The notes under the pieces were generated by a model, which worked only from the letters and a program-made list of their open reading frames with translations, was not told the origin of the DNA and did no database searches. This document shows positions 55,402 through 64,000 of a DNA stretch of 64,000 nt, one piece after another (the first letter of the stretch is position 1; each line of letters begins with the position of its first letter). The stretch lies in the IMG/VR virus record IMGVR_UViG_3300022177_000062, positions 10,593 to 74,592 of that record; one strand, given 5' to 3'. The position numbers and the translations under genes are program-made. The DNA comes from a virus.

Positions 55402-55634
55402 GCCGCGCCAACTATGCAATCGTAAGCAACACGCCCGAAGCGCTCACGCTTGGGGACCTCGGCCCCTGGGATCAATATATGACCATCACGAACGCGGCTG
55501 AGGACGTGGTTGAAGAACTGTCGAGGACCGGAACGCTCAAGGAAGGTCAGCGGTTGTTCTATTACGACTCGGAGAACAAATTGACCGAACTGAAACATCG
55601 GGACGGCAAGTTCATGGGGTTCGCTTTCCCATGA
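55398..55634 (+). CDS. Hypothetical phage protein
   Basis: TITNAAEDVV...LFYYDS. Confidence 0.55.
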   Translation: MSRANYAIVSNTPEALTLGDLGPWDQYMTITNAAEDVVEELSRTGTLKEGQRLFYYDSENKLTELKHRDGKFMGFAFP

Positions 55635-56806
55635 CCCTCTTCGGTTCAGACAAATACGTCCTGCGCCCCTATCAGCAAAGGGCCGTGGATGCAGCTCTCA
55701 GGTTCTTGAAGGGACCGGGCAAGAACAACGGTATTGAAGTGCTCCCAACAGGTAGCGGGAAATCGTTGGTCATCGCCAATCTGGTGAAGGAACTGGGTAG
55801 ACCCACGCTAATCTTTCAGCCCTCGAAGGAGATCCTTGAACAAAACTACGCCAAGCTCACGTCCTATGGCTATCACGCCTCGATCTTCTCGGCCTCAAAG
55901 GGACAGAAAGATCTCTCCAATATCACGTTTGCAACAATTGGTAGCACGATCAATGTGAAGGAACTGTTTCGAATCTTCCGATACGTCATCATAGACGAAT
56001 GCCATTGGGTAAACGCAAAAGGGGGTATGTACAAGGATTTCGTGGACAGCCTCGATGGTGTCAAGGTTCTCGGGTTCACCGCAACCCCCTATCGCTTGAG
56101 CAAGGACGGCTTCGGCGGTTCCATCCTGAAATTCCTTACCCGGACCCGGCCCCGCGTCTTCCATGAACTGGCCTATTACGTTCAGAACCGGGAACTGTTC
56201 GAGGCGGGATACCTAGCCAAACTGGAATATGTCGTCGCCAAAGGCTTTGACCGGACACAGTTGCAGATCAACACGACCGGCGCGGACTACACTGACAGAT
56301 CGGTTCAGAAATACTACGCCAGCTCGCAGTTCCCGGACAGATTAGTCAACGTGGTCAGAAAGGAAATGGAGAACCGAAAGAATGCTTTGGTCTTTACCCG
56401 GTTTGTGGATGAGGCGCGCAATGTCGTCAACAGGATTCCCGGCACGGCCCTTGTCACCGGCGATACCCCGAAAAGGGAACGTGAGAACACCATAGACGCG
56501 TTCAAGGCTGGCAGGATCCCCGTGGTCTGCAATGTAGGAGTGCTCACCACGGGCTTTGACTATCCCGAGCTGGAGACCGTCATTCTCGCCCGGCCGACGA
56601 TGAGCCTGGCGCTTTACTACCAGATGATCGGCAGGGGTGTCCGGCCACATCCGGCGAAGGAGTACACAAAGATCGTGGATTTGTGCGGCAACATTCATTT
56701 GTTCGGCAAAGTGGAGAACCTGGAGATTATTGATGGCGGTAATGGCAAATGGTTCATCACGAACGGCCGGAGACGCCTGACTAATGTTTATTACGGAGAC
56801 CGGTAG
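55631..56806 (+). CDS. SF2 helicase (RadD/YejH-like)
   Basis: LRPYQ, PTGSGKS, DECH, TATP, TTGFD.P, QMIGRGVR. Confidence 0.92.
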   Translation: MTLFGSDKYVLRPYQQRAVDAALRFLKGPGKNNGIEVLPTGSGKSLVIANLVKELGRPTLIFQPSKEILEQNYAKLTSYGYHASIFSASKGQKDLSNITFATIGSTINVKELFRIFRYVIIDECHWVNAKGGMYKDFVDSLDGVKVLGFTATPYRLSKDGFGGSILKFLTRTRPRVFHELAYYVQNRELFEAGYLAKLEYVVAKGFDRTQLQINTTGADYTDRSVQKYYASSQFPDRLVNVVRKEMENRKNALVFTRFVDEARNVVNRIPGTALVTGDTPKRERENTIDAFKAGRIPVVCNVGVLTTGFDYPELETVILARPTMSLALYYQMIGRGVRPHPAKEYTKIVDLCGNIHLFGKVENLEIIDGGNGKWFITNGRRRLTNVYYGDR

Positions 56807-57286
56807 ATGACTCTCGACTCTGGCGCAACCTTCTCTCCCTGCGGTGCCTATCGTTACGATCTGTGGCGTCGATGGAGCATGTTCGGCAACATTCTCGTCT
56901 TCGTCGGCCTGAACCCGTCCACGGCGGACGCCAAGCGGGACGATCCCACGGTCCGTCGCTGCATCAGGTTCGCGCAAATCCTCGGCTTCGGCGGCATGGT
57001 CATGCTGAACCTGTTCGCGTATCGAGCTACCCTGCCCTCGGAGATGAAACGGGTCGAAGATCCCACGGGCGGACCGGAACATGACCGGTATCTCATGAAG
57101 TACGCTGATGAGCATCACACAGTAGTAGCGGCTTGGGGTATTCATGGCCGGTATCGAGGCCGCGACAGGCAGGTCCAACAGATGTTCGGGCGGGTCTACT
57201 GTCTCGGAGTGACGAAAGAAGGCTGTCCCAGGCATCCGCTGTATCTCAAGAAGGAATGCACCTTGAAGGAGTATGTATGCAAATAG
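56807..57286 (+). CDS. DUF1643-family protein
   Basis: YRYDLWRRW, GLNPSTADA..DDPT.RRC, NLFAYRAT.P, AAWG, PRHPLY. Confidence 0.88.
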   Translation: MTLDSGATFSPCGAYRYDLWRRWSMFGNILVFVGLNPSTADAKRDDPTVRRCIRFAQILGFGGMVMLNLFAYRATLPSEMKRVEDPTGGPEHDRYLMKYADEHHTVVAAWGIHGRYRGRDRQVQQMFGRVYCLGVTKEGCPRHPLYLKKECTLKEYVCK

Positions 57287-57591
57287 ACTGGATAGCACAA
57301 AAGAACAAACGAATCAAAGACATGTCGCCTGAAGTGGCCTACGGATTTATCTATGAAGATATGACCGATGATACCTGTGCCACACTGGACAGGCTACTGA
57401 GAGCGGAGGGTTGGACCCCCGAGAAGGTGGCCAAGCTCACCATGGCGTCATTCCCGCCGCCATCTTCTCCCGAGGAAGCCCAGAAGAGAGCGGGGATGGA
57501 GGTGATGTTTGCAAAGGCCCTGGAACACCGGAAGTGGCTGTTGGATCTCGGGGTATTTGATGAGAAGGGTACAAACGATGCCGGTCGCTGA
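57277..57591 (+). CDS. Hypothetical protein
   Basis: SD AGGAG; coupled start. Confidence 0.5.
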   Translation: MQIDWIAQKNKRIKDMSPEVAYGFIYEDMTDDTCATLDRLLRAEGWTPEKVAKLTMASFPPPSSPEEAQKRAGMEVMFAKALEHRKWLLDLGVFDEKGTNDAGR

Positions 57592-57763
57592 TCTCACCAA
57601 GTTTCCCCTCGTCCGCGAGTAGGCCATAAGAATGCTTGTTATGGAGACCAAGCCAACCGCATTACCCCCCCCCAAAAACCCCGGCGGGAACTCTTGCCAG
57701 AGATCGCGGAGCCGGGGGGATAAAAGGAGAGAAGGATGAAGATAATCAGGATTGGGGGAAATT

Positions 57764-58555
57764 TTGCTGATCGAACATGACCTTTTCCGTGGCCGCATAG
57801 ACAAGGTGCAGATCGCCATTGACCGCCTCAAGATGTTTGAGCCGGAAGAGGGGTACTATCTCGCTTACTCAGGCGGGAAGGACAGCGACACGATTCTTGC
57901 CCTTGCGAAGATGGCGGGGGTAAAGTTCGATGCACATTATCACCTGACGACCGTTGACCCGCCTGAGCTTGTCTACCATGTGAGAAGGCATTTAGAGGTC
58001 ATTATTGATAGGCCAGAAATAACCATGTGGAAGTTGATACAGAAGAAACGGATGCCACCGACCCGTATAAAACGATATTGTTGTGAATACTTTAAGGAAC
58101 GTGGCGGGTCTGGTCGTGTAGTCCTTACAGGTGTTCGTGCCGCAGAAAGCATAAAGCGGGCCAAACGGAAGATGAATGAAGTTTGCTATAAAGACACATC
58201 AAAGCGATATTTTCATGCAATTATTGACTGGTCGGATGACGATGTGTGGCAGTTCCTCAGACAACACAATATCTCATATTGTAAGCTGTATGACGAGGGC
58301 TTTAAACGGATCGGGTGTGTGATGTGCCCGTATTCCAATATTAAGAAAGAAGCAAGGTTATTCCCAAAGATTGCCGAGGCGTACAGACGGGCAATTATAC
58401 GGTGTTGGGAGAAGAAGAACTCTGACATTGAGGGCGGATTATCCAAGGCCGTGACACGATTTGAGTCTGGTGAAGATATGTTCAACTGGTGGATTTCCGG
58501 TCGATCCGCGAAAGAATTGGCCGAGAAAGATACGTCCTTTTGGGCGTATGAATAA
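57764..58555 (+). CDS. PAPS-reductase-family protein (start uncertain)
   Basis: SGGKDS, RYCC..KE, TGVRAAES..R, LYDEGFKRIGCVMCP. Confidence 0.9.
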   Translation: MLIEHDLFRGRIDKVQIAIDRLKMFEPEEGYYLAYSGGKDSDTILALAKMAGVKFDAHYHLTTVDPPELVYHVRRHLEVIIDRPEITMWKLIQKKRMPPTRIKRYCCEYFKERGGSGRVVLTGVRAAESIKRAKRKMNEVCYKDTSKRYFHAIIDWSDDDVWQFLRQHNISYCKLYDEGFKRIGCVMCPYSNIKKEARLFPKIAEAYRRAIIRCWEKKNSDIEGGLSKAVTRFESGEDMFNWWISGRSAKELAEKDTSFWAYE

Positions 58556-58571
58556 AGGAAGGAGGCCAACC

Positions 58572-58793
58572 GTGAATGAACTTAAAACAAAAAAAGGGCT
58601 GACCTTGATAGATTGGCATATTTGCCCTAGGCCTCATGTAACGCTCCGCGATATCCTGAACAGCATGTACCCCGACCCTCTCAAGGGCGTCAACATTGAT
58701 GCCGAATACGAACTCATCAAGCAGAAGAAAAGCAAGCTGTCTGCCAACATGAGGGCGTTGGTAGTTCAAAGGAAGGAGGCCGACCGTGGATGA
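58572..58793 (+). CDS. Hypothetical protein
   Basis: GTG start with SD GGAGG. Confidence 0.45.
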   Translation: MNELKTKKGLTLIDWHICPRPHVTLRDILNSMYPDPLKGVNIDAEYELIKQKKSKLSANMRALVVQRKEADRG

Positions 58794-59214
58794 ACAGGTG
58801 AAGAAAGAGATAGGCAAGTGGTTATTTGATAGAGATACACAGGCTATGCATATATTTGCTCCGTGGTACGTTGCCGAAGCCACATATATATCAATGGCCG
58901 ATGAAATTCTCTCTTCCCCCGCCCTCCGCGCCATGATGGAGGACGCCCGGAAATATCACGAAGCCTTGCCTCTCGTGAAGATGATGCAGGAGAAGGCGGA
59001 CCAGTGGGACGCTCTCGGCTACACATCCCCCTATGTAATGCCTGAAGATTACGAACAGGTAAAGAGGGATGCGGAGAAGTGGCGGCGACTCATGGCTCTA
59101 TTCGACACGTCATGTGATAAGTGCTTTCTGGGCCACGTTTGCGGTACGCATAGGAAAGCGGAGGCTGTCTGCGAGGATATCAAGGAAGCTATGGAGACCA
59201 ACGATGAACGATGA
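58786..59214 (+). CDS. Hypothetical protein (paralog of next gene)
   Basis: ADEILSSPALRAMMEDA...AEKWR...CDKC...C. Confidence 0.55.
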   Translation: MDEQVKKEIGKWLFDRDTQAMHIFAPWYVAEATYISMADEILSSPALRAMMEDARKYHEALPLVKMMQEKADQWDALGYTSPYVMPEDYEQVKRDAEKWRRLMALFDTSCDKCFLGHVCGTHRKAEAVCEDIKEAMETNDER

Positions 59215-59467
59215 AATAGCAAACCTCATAGGATATTGGGATTGGGAGAACAAGACCGCCAACCAATGTGCTGACGCCATCCTCTCCCTACCCACTCTCA
59301 AAGCCATGATGGAGGACGCGGAGAAGTGGCGGAAGGTGAAGGAGATAGCGGCATTGAGATACGCACGAACATGCGATGGTTGCCCCTTGTTGACATGCGA
59401 TGGGGCACTTTGTATACCCGCAAAGAGTCTGGTCGACGCTCTCTCCGAGGTGCCCGATGAAACGTAA
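59204..59467 (+). CDS. Hypothetical protein (paralog of previous gene)
   Basis: ADAILSLPTLKAMMEDAEKWR...CDGC...C. Confidence 0.55.
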   Translation: MNDEIANLIGYWDWENKTANQCADAILSLPTLKAMMEDAEKWRKVKEIAALRYARTCDGCPLLTCDGALCIPAKSLVDALSEVPDET

Positions 59468-59888
59468 AGTCAAGGTCGCCTGCCTGATCGCAGGGATGGA
59501 ATGGCATGAAGTGAAAACAAGTGCATGGCAATCCGATAACCCCGACCCCCTGCACAATGACGGCGATTACTGGATATTGGTAAAGGGGATGGTGGAGCAT
59601 GAGGGGTGGGAATCCTTTCATCATTTTGCCTATGGACAAATTTGGCCGGCAAAAGTAGACGAGGATTTCTGGTGTTGGCTCCTCCTCGACCCCGCCCGCT
59701 TCGTTTCCCTCCTCGACCTCGCCCGCTTCATCGACCTGATTTGGGATTGGACAGGACGGGAGGAGGTGCAGGAGGCTTACGGGATGGTGGAGTGTGGTTG
59801 CAAGGGAGCCTTCCAAGGTCATTGTCCATTGTGTATGGGTTCCGGCAAACTCCCAGCCCCGTGGCTGGAGGAGAGGAGGAAGGGATGA
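59457..59888 (+). CDS. Hypothetical protein with C-terminal zinc motif
   Basis: C.CKG...CPLCMGSG. Confidence 0.5.
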   Translation: MKRKVKVACLIAGMEWHEVKTSAWQSDNPDPLHNDGDYWILVKGMVEHEGWESFHHFAYGQIWPAKVDEDFWCWLLLDPARFVSLLDLARFIDLIWDWTGREEVQEAYGMVECGCKGAFQGHCPLCMGSGKLPAPWLEERRKG

Positions 59889-60769
59889 TAGACATCAGCA
59901 AGGGAAGGTATTGGGATAAACCGTGGAGCCTCGTCGACGGTTGCACGCCCTGCTCGCCAGGGTGTGATCACTGCTGGTCAATGGCAATGGGGAAACGATT
60001 CCACAGGTGGCCGGAGAAGGTGACACCGCACCCTGAGAGCCTCGACATCCCCCTGCGCACGCGGAAGCCGACCGTGTTCGCGGTGTGGAACGATTTATTC
60101 CACGAGGACGTGCCGGATGGATTTATAACCGATGTCCGGAACGTGATGTATGCCTGCCCACAGCACACCTTTCTCATCCTCACCAAGAGGTCTGGCAGGA
60201 TGGCGGGAAGGATGGAACACCACGTCCCACTTCCCAACGTCTGGCATGGCCTCACCGTCTGCAACCAGGACGAGGCCGACGCGAAGATCCCGGAGTTGCT
60301 CAAGGTGCCGGGGAAGAAGTTCCTGTCAATCGAGCCGATGTTGGGGGAGATCGATTTTAACACTATCCCGTCTTTTGACCTCCCCGGGGATGATGACCTC
60401 GGCACGGTTTGGCATTACGATGCACCTTGGGATGAATATGTCGATGCCGTTATCCTCGGCGGCGAAACCGGCCCCGGAGCGCGTCCCATGCATCCTGATT
60501 GGGTCCGGTCGGTAAGGGACCAGTGTCAGGCGGCAGGGGTATCCTTTTACTTCAAGCAGTGGGGCGAATGGGTGCCGTGTCGTAAGGTCGAAGATGCGGG
60601 GTATTGGATAATACGGGGAATTAAAACCATGTGGGTTCGTCCGGATGGATCAGCATCCCCGAAACACCTTAACGATGATGAATGGCCGGTTCAACGCGTC
60701 GGCTCCAAACGCGCCGGTCGTCTCCTCGACGGGCGGGAGTGGAATGAGTTACCGTGGAGGCAATCATGA
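59885..60769 (+). CDS. DUF5131 (phage Gp37/Gp68) family protein
   Basis: W..VDGCTPCSPGCDHCW, DLFHE, ILTKR, SIEPMLG, GGETG.GARP. Confidence 0.9.
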   Translation: MIDISKGRYWDKPWSLVDGCTPCSPGCDHCWSMAMGKRFHRWPEKVTPHPESLDIPLRTRKPTVFAVWNDLFHEDVPDGFITDVRNVMYACPQHTFLILTKRSGRMAGRMEHHVPLPNVWHGLTVCNQDEADAKIPELLKVPGKKFLSIEPMLGEIDFNTIPSFDLPGDDDLGTVWHYDAPWDEYVDAVILGGETGPGARPMHPDWVRSVRDQCQAAGVSFYFKQWGEWVPCRKVEDAGYWIIRGIKTMWVRPDGSASPKHLNDDEWPVQRVGSKRAGRLLDGREWNELPWRQS

Positions 60770-61128
60770 AGTCCGTCCCCGGCGCACTGTTCTTTAAGCC
60801 GATGAAGGAAGAACCGATAGTTTTCCCGTTCGGCACGATAGCAGAGCTTATCGTTGTCCCTAAACGCCCCTACCTCCCCGGCGAGAAGTGCCGTGACAAA
60901 AGCACGGGCAAGGTCGTCACCATCCTTTCCTGTGAGCCGATGCGGGTGGAAGAGGTGACGGAAGAGGATTTGGTAAAACTTGGTATTATTTTACCTCCTA
61001 CCGAGATATTCCCTTTGGTCAACAGAGAAGATAAACTCCGCAAAGCATTTTTGCAATATTGGCACAACCGTCACCCCGGCAAGTCTTGGGCGTGGCGGGT
61101 GGAGGGGATGGAGGACAAAGTAAGATGA
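60766..61128 (+). CDS. ASCH-like hypothetical protein
   Basis: VEEVTEEDL..LG...F..YW...WAW. Confidence 0.45.
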   Translation: MKSVPGALFFKPMKEEPIVFPFGTIAELIVVPKRPYLPGEKCRDKSTGKVVTILSCEPMRVEEVTEEDLVKLGIILPPTEIFPLVNREDKLRKAFLQYWHNRHPGKSWAWRVEGMEDKVR

Positions 61129-61331
61129 CCTACATATTCCACAGGGAAGAAGGTTGGTATCCGATGGCGTTGGTAGATGACAGTGAAGCGGTTGAGAACG
61201 CAGAGACCAACCCTGGCACCCTGAAAGTCACAGACGGCGACGGCAGATCTTCGGACACCCCGAGAGCGATAGGAACATCCCAACGGCCCTTCCGGTCCCG
61301 GCAACGAACCGGAGACTCAGCCAGATCATGA
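61125..61331 (+). CDS. Hypothetical protein
   Basis: NPGTLKVTD motif; ATGA overlap. Confidence 0.45.
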   Translation: MTYIFHREEGWYPMALVDDSEAVENAETNPGTLKVTDGDGRSSDTPRAIGTSQRPFRSRQRTGDSARS

Positions 61332-61360
61332 GAAGGCACAACAGGTAAGGAGGGAAAGCA

Positions 61361-61690
61361 ATGCCCATAAAAGCAGCTATCAAGGATGAGGAAACTAATA
61401 AGTGGTGCCCGTATCTTGAGTTTGGCCATGGAGACATCGGCCTCGGGACCGTACCGCAGGTCGTAGACAAGGAAAGGGAGATCCTTTTCGTGTTCTACCC
61501 CACGGAGCCCGTGGAAGTAGGAACACCGCTTAAAGACAAGCCGGATGATATCGACCCTGCCGTGATATTCAGGTTCACGAACATCGAGAGCCTAGATGTC
61601 CTTATCAATGGCCTGAAGGTGCATCGACAGATCCTCTGCAAAATGAAGGGGAACGAGGAATCAAAGCCCGAATCAGCTCAAGAGGTATAA
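61361..61690 (+). CDS. Hypothetical protein
   Basis: SD GGAGG. Confidence 0.55.
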   Translation: MPIKAAIKDEETNKWCPYLEFGHGDIGLGTVPQVVDKEREILFVFYPTEPVEVGTPLKDKPDDIDPAVIFRFTNIESLDVLINGLKVHRQILCKMKGNEESKPESAQEV

Positions 61691-61692
61691 GC

Positions 61693-61884
61693 ATGTATCT
61701 GGATGAAAGCGATCTCCTTGTGGAAATTGAAAGACTGGAACGGCTCTTGGAGGCGAACGATATCCCAGTCGAGGGTCCTGCCCCGGTTCCGGTCTATCTG
61801 TGCCCGGCTCTGGCTTACATGCTGGGGTTGCCGGGGGTAAGGTATCCTTTACCACCTGCACTAAGCGACGAACGGAGGAATTGA
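61693..61884 (+). CDS. Hypothetical protein
   Basis: SD GAGGT. Confidence 0.45.
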   Translation: MYLDESDLLVEIERLERLLEANDIPVEGPAPVPVYLCPALAYMLGLPGVRYPLPPALSDERRN

Positions 61885-61886
61885 CT

Positions 61887-63140
61887 TTGGCGATTGTAGC
61901 GGTCGATTTGTTTGCGGGAGCGGGTGGAACATCGAGCGGCCTGTACCGTGCCTGTCACGGTATGGGTAAGGTAGTGGACCTTCTGGCAGTCAACCACTGG
62001 CCTGTCGCCATAGCCACTCACAAGGCGAATCACCCAGGCGCCCGTCACATCTGCGCGCGCCTGGAGAGTATCAGGCCCGAGGATGCGATACCGGGAGGAC
62101 GGGTTAATATCCTCGTGGCGAGCCCTGAATGTACGCACCATTCTATCGCCCGAGGGGGCAAACCGGTCAACGACCAACTCAGATCCTCCGCGTGGCTCAT
62201 CCTTCGCTGGCTCGAATCGTTGCGCGTCGACAGCTTGCTGATCGAGAACGTCCGCGAGTTCCGCGATTGGGGACCCCTTGGTGTAAACGGTAAACCTTTG
62301 AAATCCCGCAAGGGCGAAACGTATAGGGCATGGCTCAACGCGCTCAGGAGCTTCGGCTACGAGGTTGACGACCGGATCCTTAACGCCGCCGACTACGGCG
62401 ATCCGACAAGCCGGGAAAGGCTCTTTGTCCTGGCACGGAAAGGCCGCAAGGCGATTAAGTGGCCGGACCCTACTCATGGGGCTCCGGGAAACCTGTACGG
62501 GCTCCAGCCGTACCGGACGGCCCGAGAGATTATAGACTGGAGTATCAAGGGCAAGAGTATTTTCGGCAGAAAGAAGCCTTTGGCCCCTTCGACTATGGCC
62601 CGGATAGCCGTGGGGCTGAAGAAGTATGGCGGCCTCAACGCGAAGCCCTTTCTGGTCATGCTCTATGGTACGAACGACGTCAGGGACGTAGACAGGCCGA
62701 TGCCGACGGTCACGGGCGGGGGGAATCACACGGGGCTGTGTGAGCCGTTCATGGTTACGATAACCCACGAGGGCAACGATGGAAACCGTGCCCACTCTAT
62801 CGACCGGCCGGTCCCGACGATCACCGGGGCTCATAATGGGGAAATGGCGTTAGTGGAACCCTTCCTCGTCAAATACTACGGCGCCGGTGAAGGCGTCTCC
62901 AGCACAGATAACCCGGTCCCTACAATCACCACGAAGGACCGCTTTGGCCTCGTGGAAGTGTCCGGCAAATACCAGATAGATATCCGTTTCCGGATGCTCC
63001 AGCCCCACGAGCTGGCGGCGGCGATGTCATTCGAGCATTACACCTTCAAAGGAACCAAGACCCAACAGACCAAGCAGATCGGCAATGCCGTGCCGGTTCG
63101 ATTGGCCCAGGCGCTCTGCACATCGCTTATGAGGAATTGA
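61887..63140 (+). CDS. dcm: DNA cytosine-5 methyltransferase
   Basis: DLFAGAGG, ASPEC, ENV, RER, QIGNAVP; TTG start with SD. Confidence 0.93.
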   Translation: MAIVAVDLFAGAGGTSSGLYRACHGMGKVVDLLAVNHWPVAIATHKANHPGARHICARLESIRPEDAIPGGRVNILVASPECTHHSIARGGKPVNDQLRSSAWLILRWLESLRVDSLLIENVREFRDWGPLGVNGKPLKSRKGETYRAWLNALRSFGYEVDDRILNAADYGDPTSRERLFVLARKGRKAIKWPDPTHGAPGNLYGLQPYRTAREIIDWSIKGKSIFGRKKPLAPSTMARIAVGLKKYGGLNAKPFLVMLYGTNDVRDVDRPMPTVTGGGNHTGLCEPFMVTITHEGNDGNRAHSIDRPVPTITGAHNGEMALVEPFLVKYYGAGEGVSSTDNPVPTITTKDRFGLVEVSGKYQIDIRFRMLQPHELAAAMSFEHYTFKGTKTQQTKQIGNAVPVRLAQALCTSLMRN

Positions 63141-63178
63141 GACGCCAAAATATTTGAATTGACAGGAAATATAGCCGA

Positions 63179-63592
63179 ATGATAGAAGAAACTGTATATA
63201 CGGCCGAGCAAGTCGCCAAACTGTTCAACTGCAGTCTCACCTTCGTGTACGATCACAAGGAACTATTTGGCGCGATACGTATTGGAAAGCTGTTCCGTTT
63301 TCCTGAATCCGGGCTAAGGAAGATCCTGAATGGCGGTATGGAAGTCCAGAAACAAATGGTGGTACAAGTTCCGTTACCGGGGCCAGTCGATCACGCCGGA
63401 AGGAGGCTTCGAGACACAGGCCCAGGCCAAGCTCGCAGAGGCAAACAGGCGAATAGAGCTGTCGAAACTGCCAACGATCCCTATGGTATTCGAGCAGCTA
63501 TCCGAAAGTCGGCTGAGAGATTTGGAGCAAAAACGGGACCGGCTGTATTTTCAGGACAACAAGGCCCTGATTCTTCGCCTCAGCGAACATGA
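63179..63592 (+). CDS. xis: Excisionase-like HTH protein with C-terminal extension overlapping int
   Basis: YTAEQVAKLFNCSLTFVY...IRIGKLFRFP. Confidence 0.7.
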   Translation: MIEETVYTAEQVAKLFNCSLTFVYDHKELFGAIRIGKLFRFPESGLRKILNGGMEVQKQMVVQVPLPGPVDHAGRRLRDTGPGQARRGKQANRAVETANDPYGIRAAIRKSAERFGAKTGPAVFSGQQGPDSSPQRT

Positions 63593-64000
63593 AGGTTGGG
63601 GTCTCAAGCAGACTATCACGCGCAATGACGTCACTGATTTCTTGGATAAAGTAGCCGTTGAAGTCTCTCCACAACGAGCAAACAAGTATCTTGCCTACCT
63701 CAAAGCGCTCTTCAATCATGGGCTCAAGAAGGGCTTGCTTGAAAAGAACCCTGCTCTTGGTATCGAGAAATACCCCGAGGATCGCAAACACAAGTACGTC
63801 CCGCCGATTAACGACATACTTGCCGTGCTCTTGAAATGCCGACCCGAACAGCGGGACTACCTGTGGACCTTGGCACTCACCGGCGCCAGGTGCGGTGAAA
63901 TTAACTCGCTAACGGTCGCTAACGTCAGTCTGGATCTCGGCTACGTTATTCTAAGAACGCGAAAGGCAAAGGGCGGACACGCAAAGTATCGCCGCATCAA
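63330..64000 (+). CDS. int: Tyrosine integrase (3' truncated; absent from the ORF track)
   Basis: MAVWKSRNKWWYKFRY arm-binding-like N-terminus, NKYLAYLKALFN, LALTGARCGEI, KAKGG. Confidence 0.9.
   Translation, partial: MAVWKSRNKWWYKFRYRGQSITPEGGFETQAQAKLAEANRRIELSKLPTIPMVFEQLSESRLRDLEQKRDRLYFQDNKALILRLSEHEGWGLKQTITRNDVTDFLDKVAVEVSPQRANKYLAYLKALFNHGLKKGLLEKNPALGIEKYPEDRKHKYVPPINDILAVLLKCRPEQRDYLWTLALTGARCGEINSLTVANVSLDLGYVILRTRKAKGGHAKYRRI

Larger units (their letters stand above)
1..64000. mobile_element. Temperate siphovirus-like phage/prophage spanning the whole window
   Basis: Head-tail module, lysis genes, repressor, replication genes, xis/int; no host genes seen. Confidence 0.93.

Noticed and set aside
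57665-57673. C9 homopolymer as a phase-variation switch
   Set aside because: Not within a recognisable gene or promoter
57764-58555. Complete phosphorothioation (dnd/ssp) system
   Set aside because: Only the PAPS-reductase-like gene is present; no cysteine desulfurase, DndD/E or SspB/C recognised nearby
59681-59729. 27-bp-period tandem duplication (LLDPARF/LLDLARF)
   Set aside because: In-frame two-copy microduplication with no sign of function
63330-64000. att site or prophage boundary
   Set aside because: The integrase runs off the window; no host genes or att core visible

Overview
The whole window is one temperate, tailed (siphovirus-type) phage or prophage of about 55% GC. The host is probably Gram-negative (lipoboxes, spanin-like protein); taxonomy cannot be called from sequence alone. 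Left to right: end of a probable portal, protease/scaffold, decoration, capsid, neck and tail tube; a phosphoesterase plus lysis cassette between tail tube and tail chaperone; a lambda-like tail tip and two fibres; two moron lipoproteins and a CI-like repressor facing a convergent-promoter switch; an early recombination/replication operon; a leftward accessory island (second tyrosine recombinase, HExxH protein, ArdC, HicAB, repeated leaders); a 1.2-kb non-coding skew-switch region; a rightward metabolism/modification block (ThyX, SF2 helicase, PAPS-reductase-like, DUF5131, C5-MTase); then xis and a truncated integrase. The standout is at 31.58-32.96 kb. A RAMP/Cas7-like gene and a partner gene are bracketed by two non-coding arrays of in-register 5-nt units (GG[C/A/T]-NN) that share a GCAGGCAAGG motif, consistent with a phage RNA-guided system whose information lies in the variable dinucleotides. 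All family calls come from motif recognition by eye; no searches were run.
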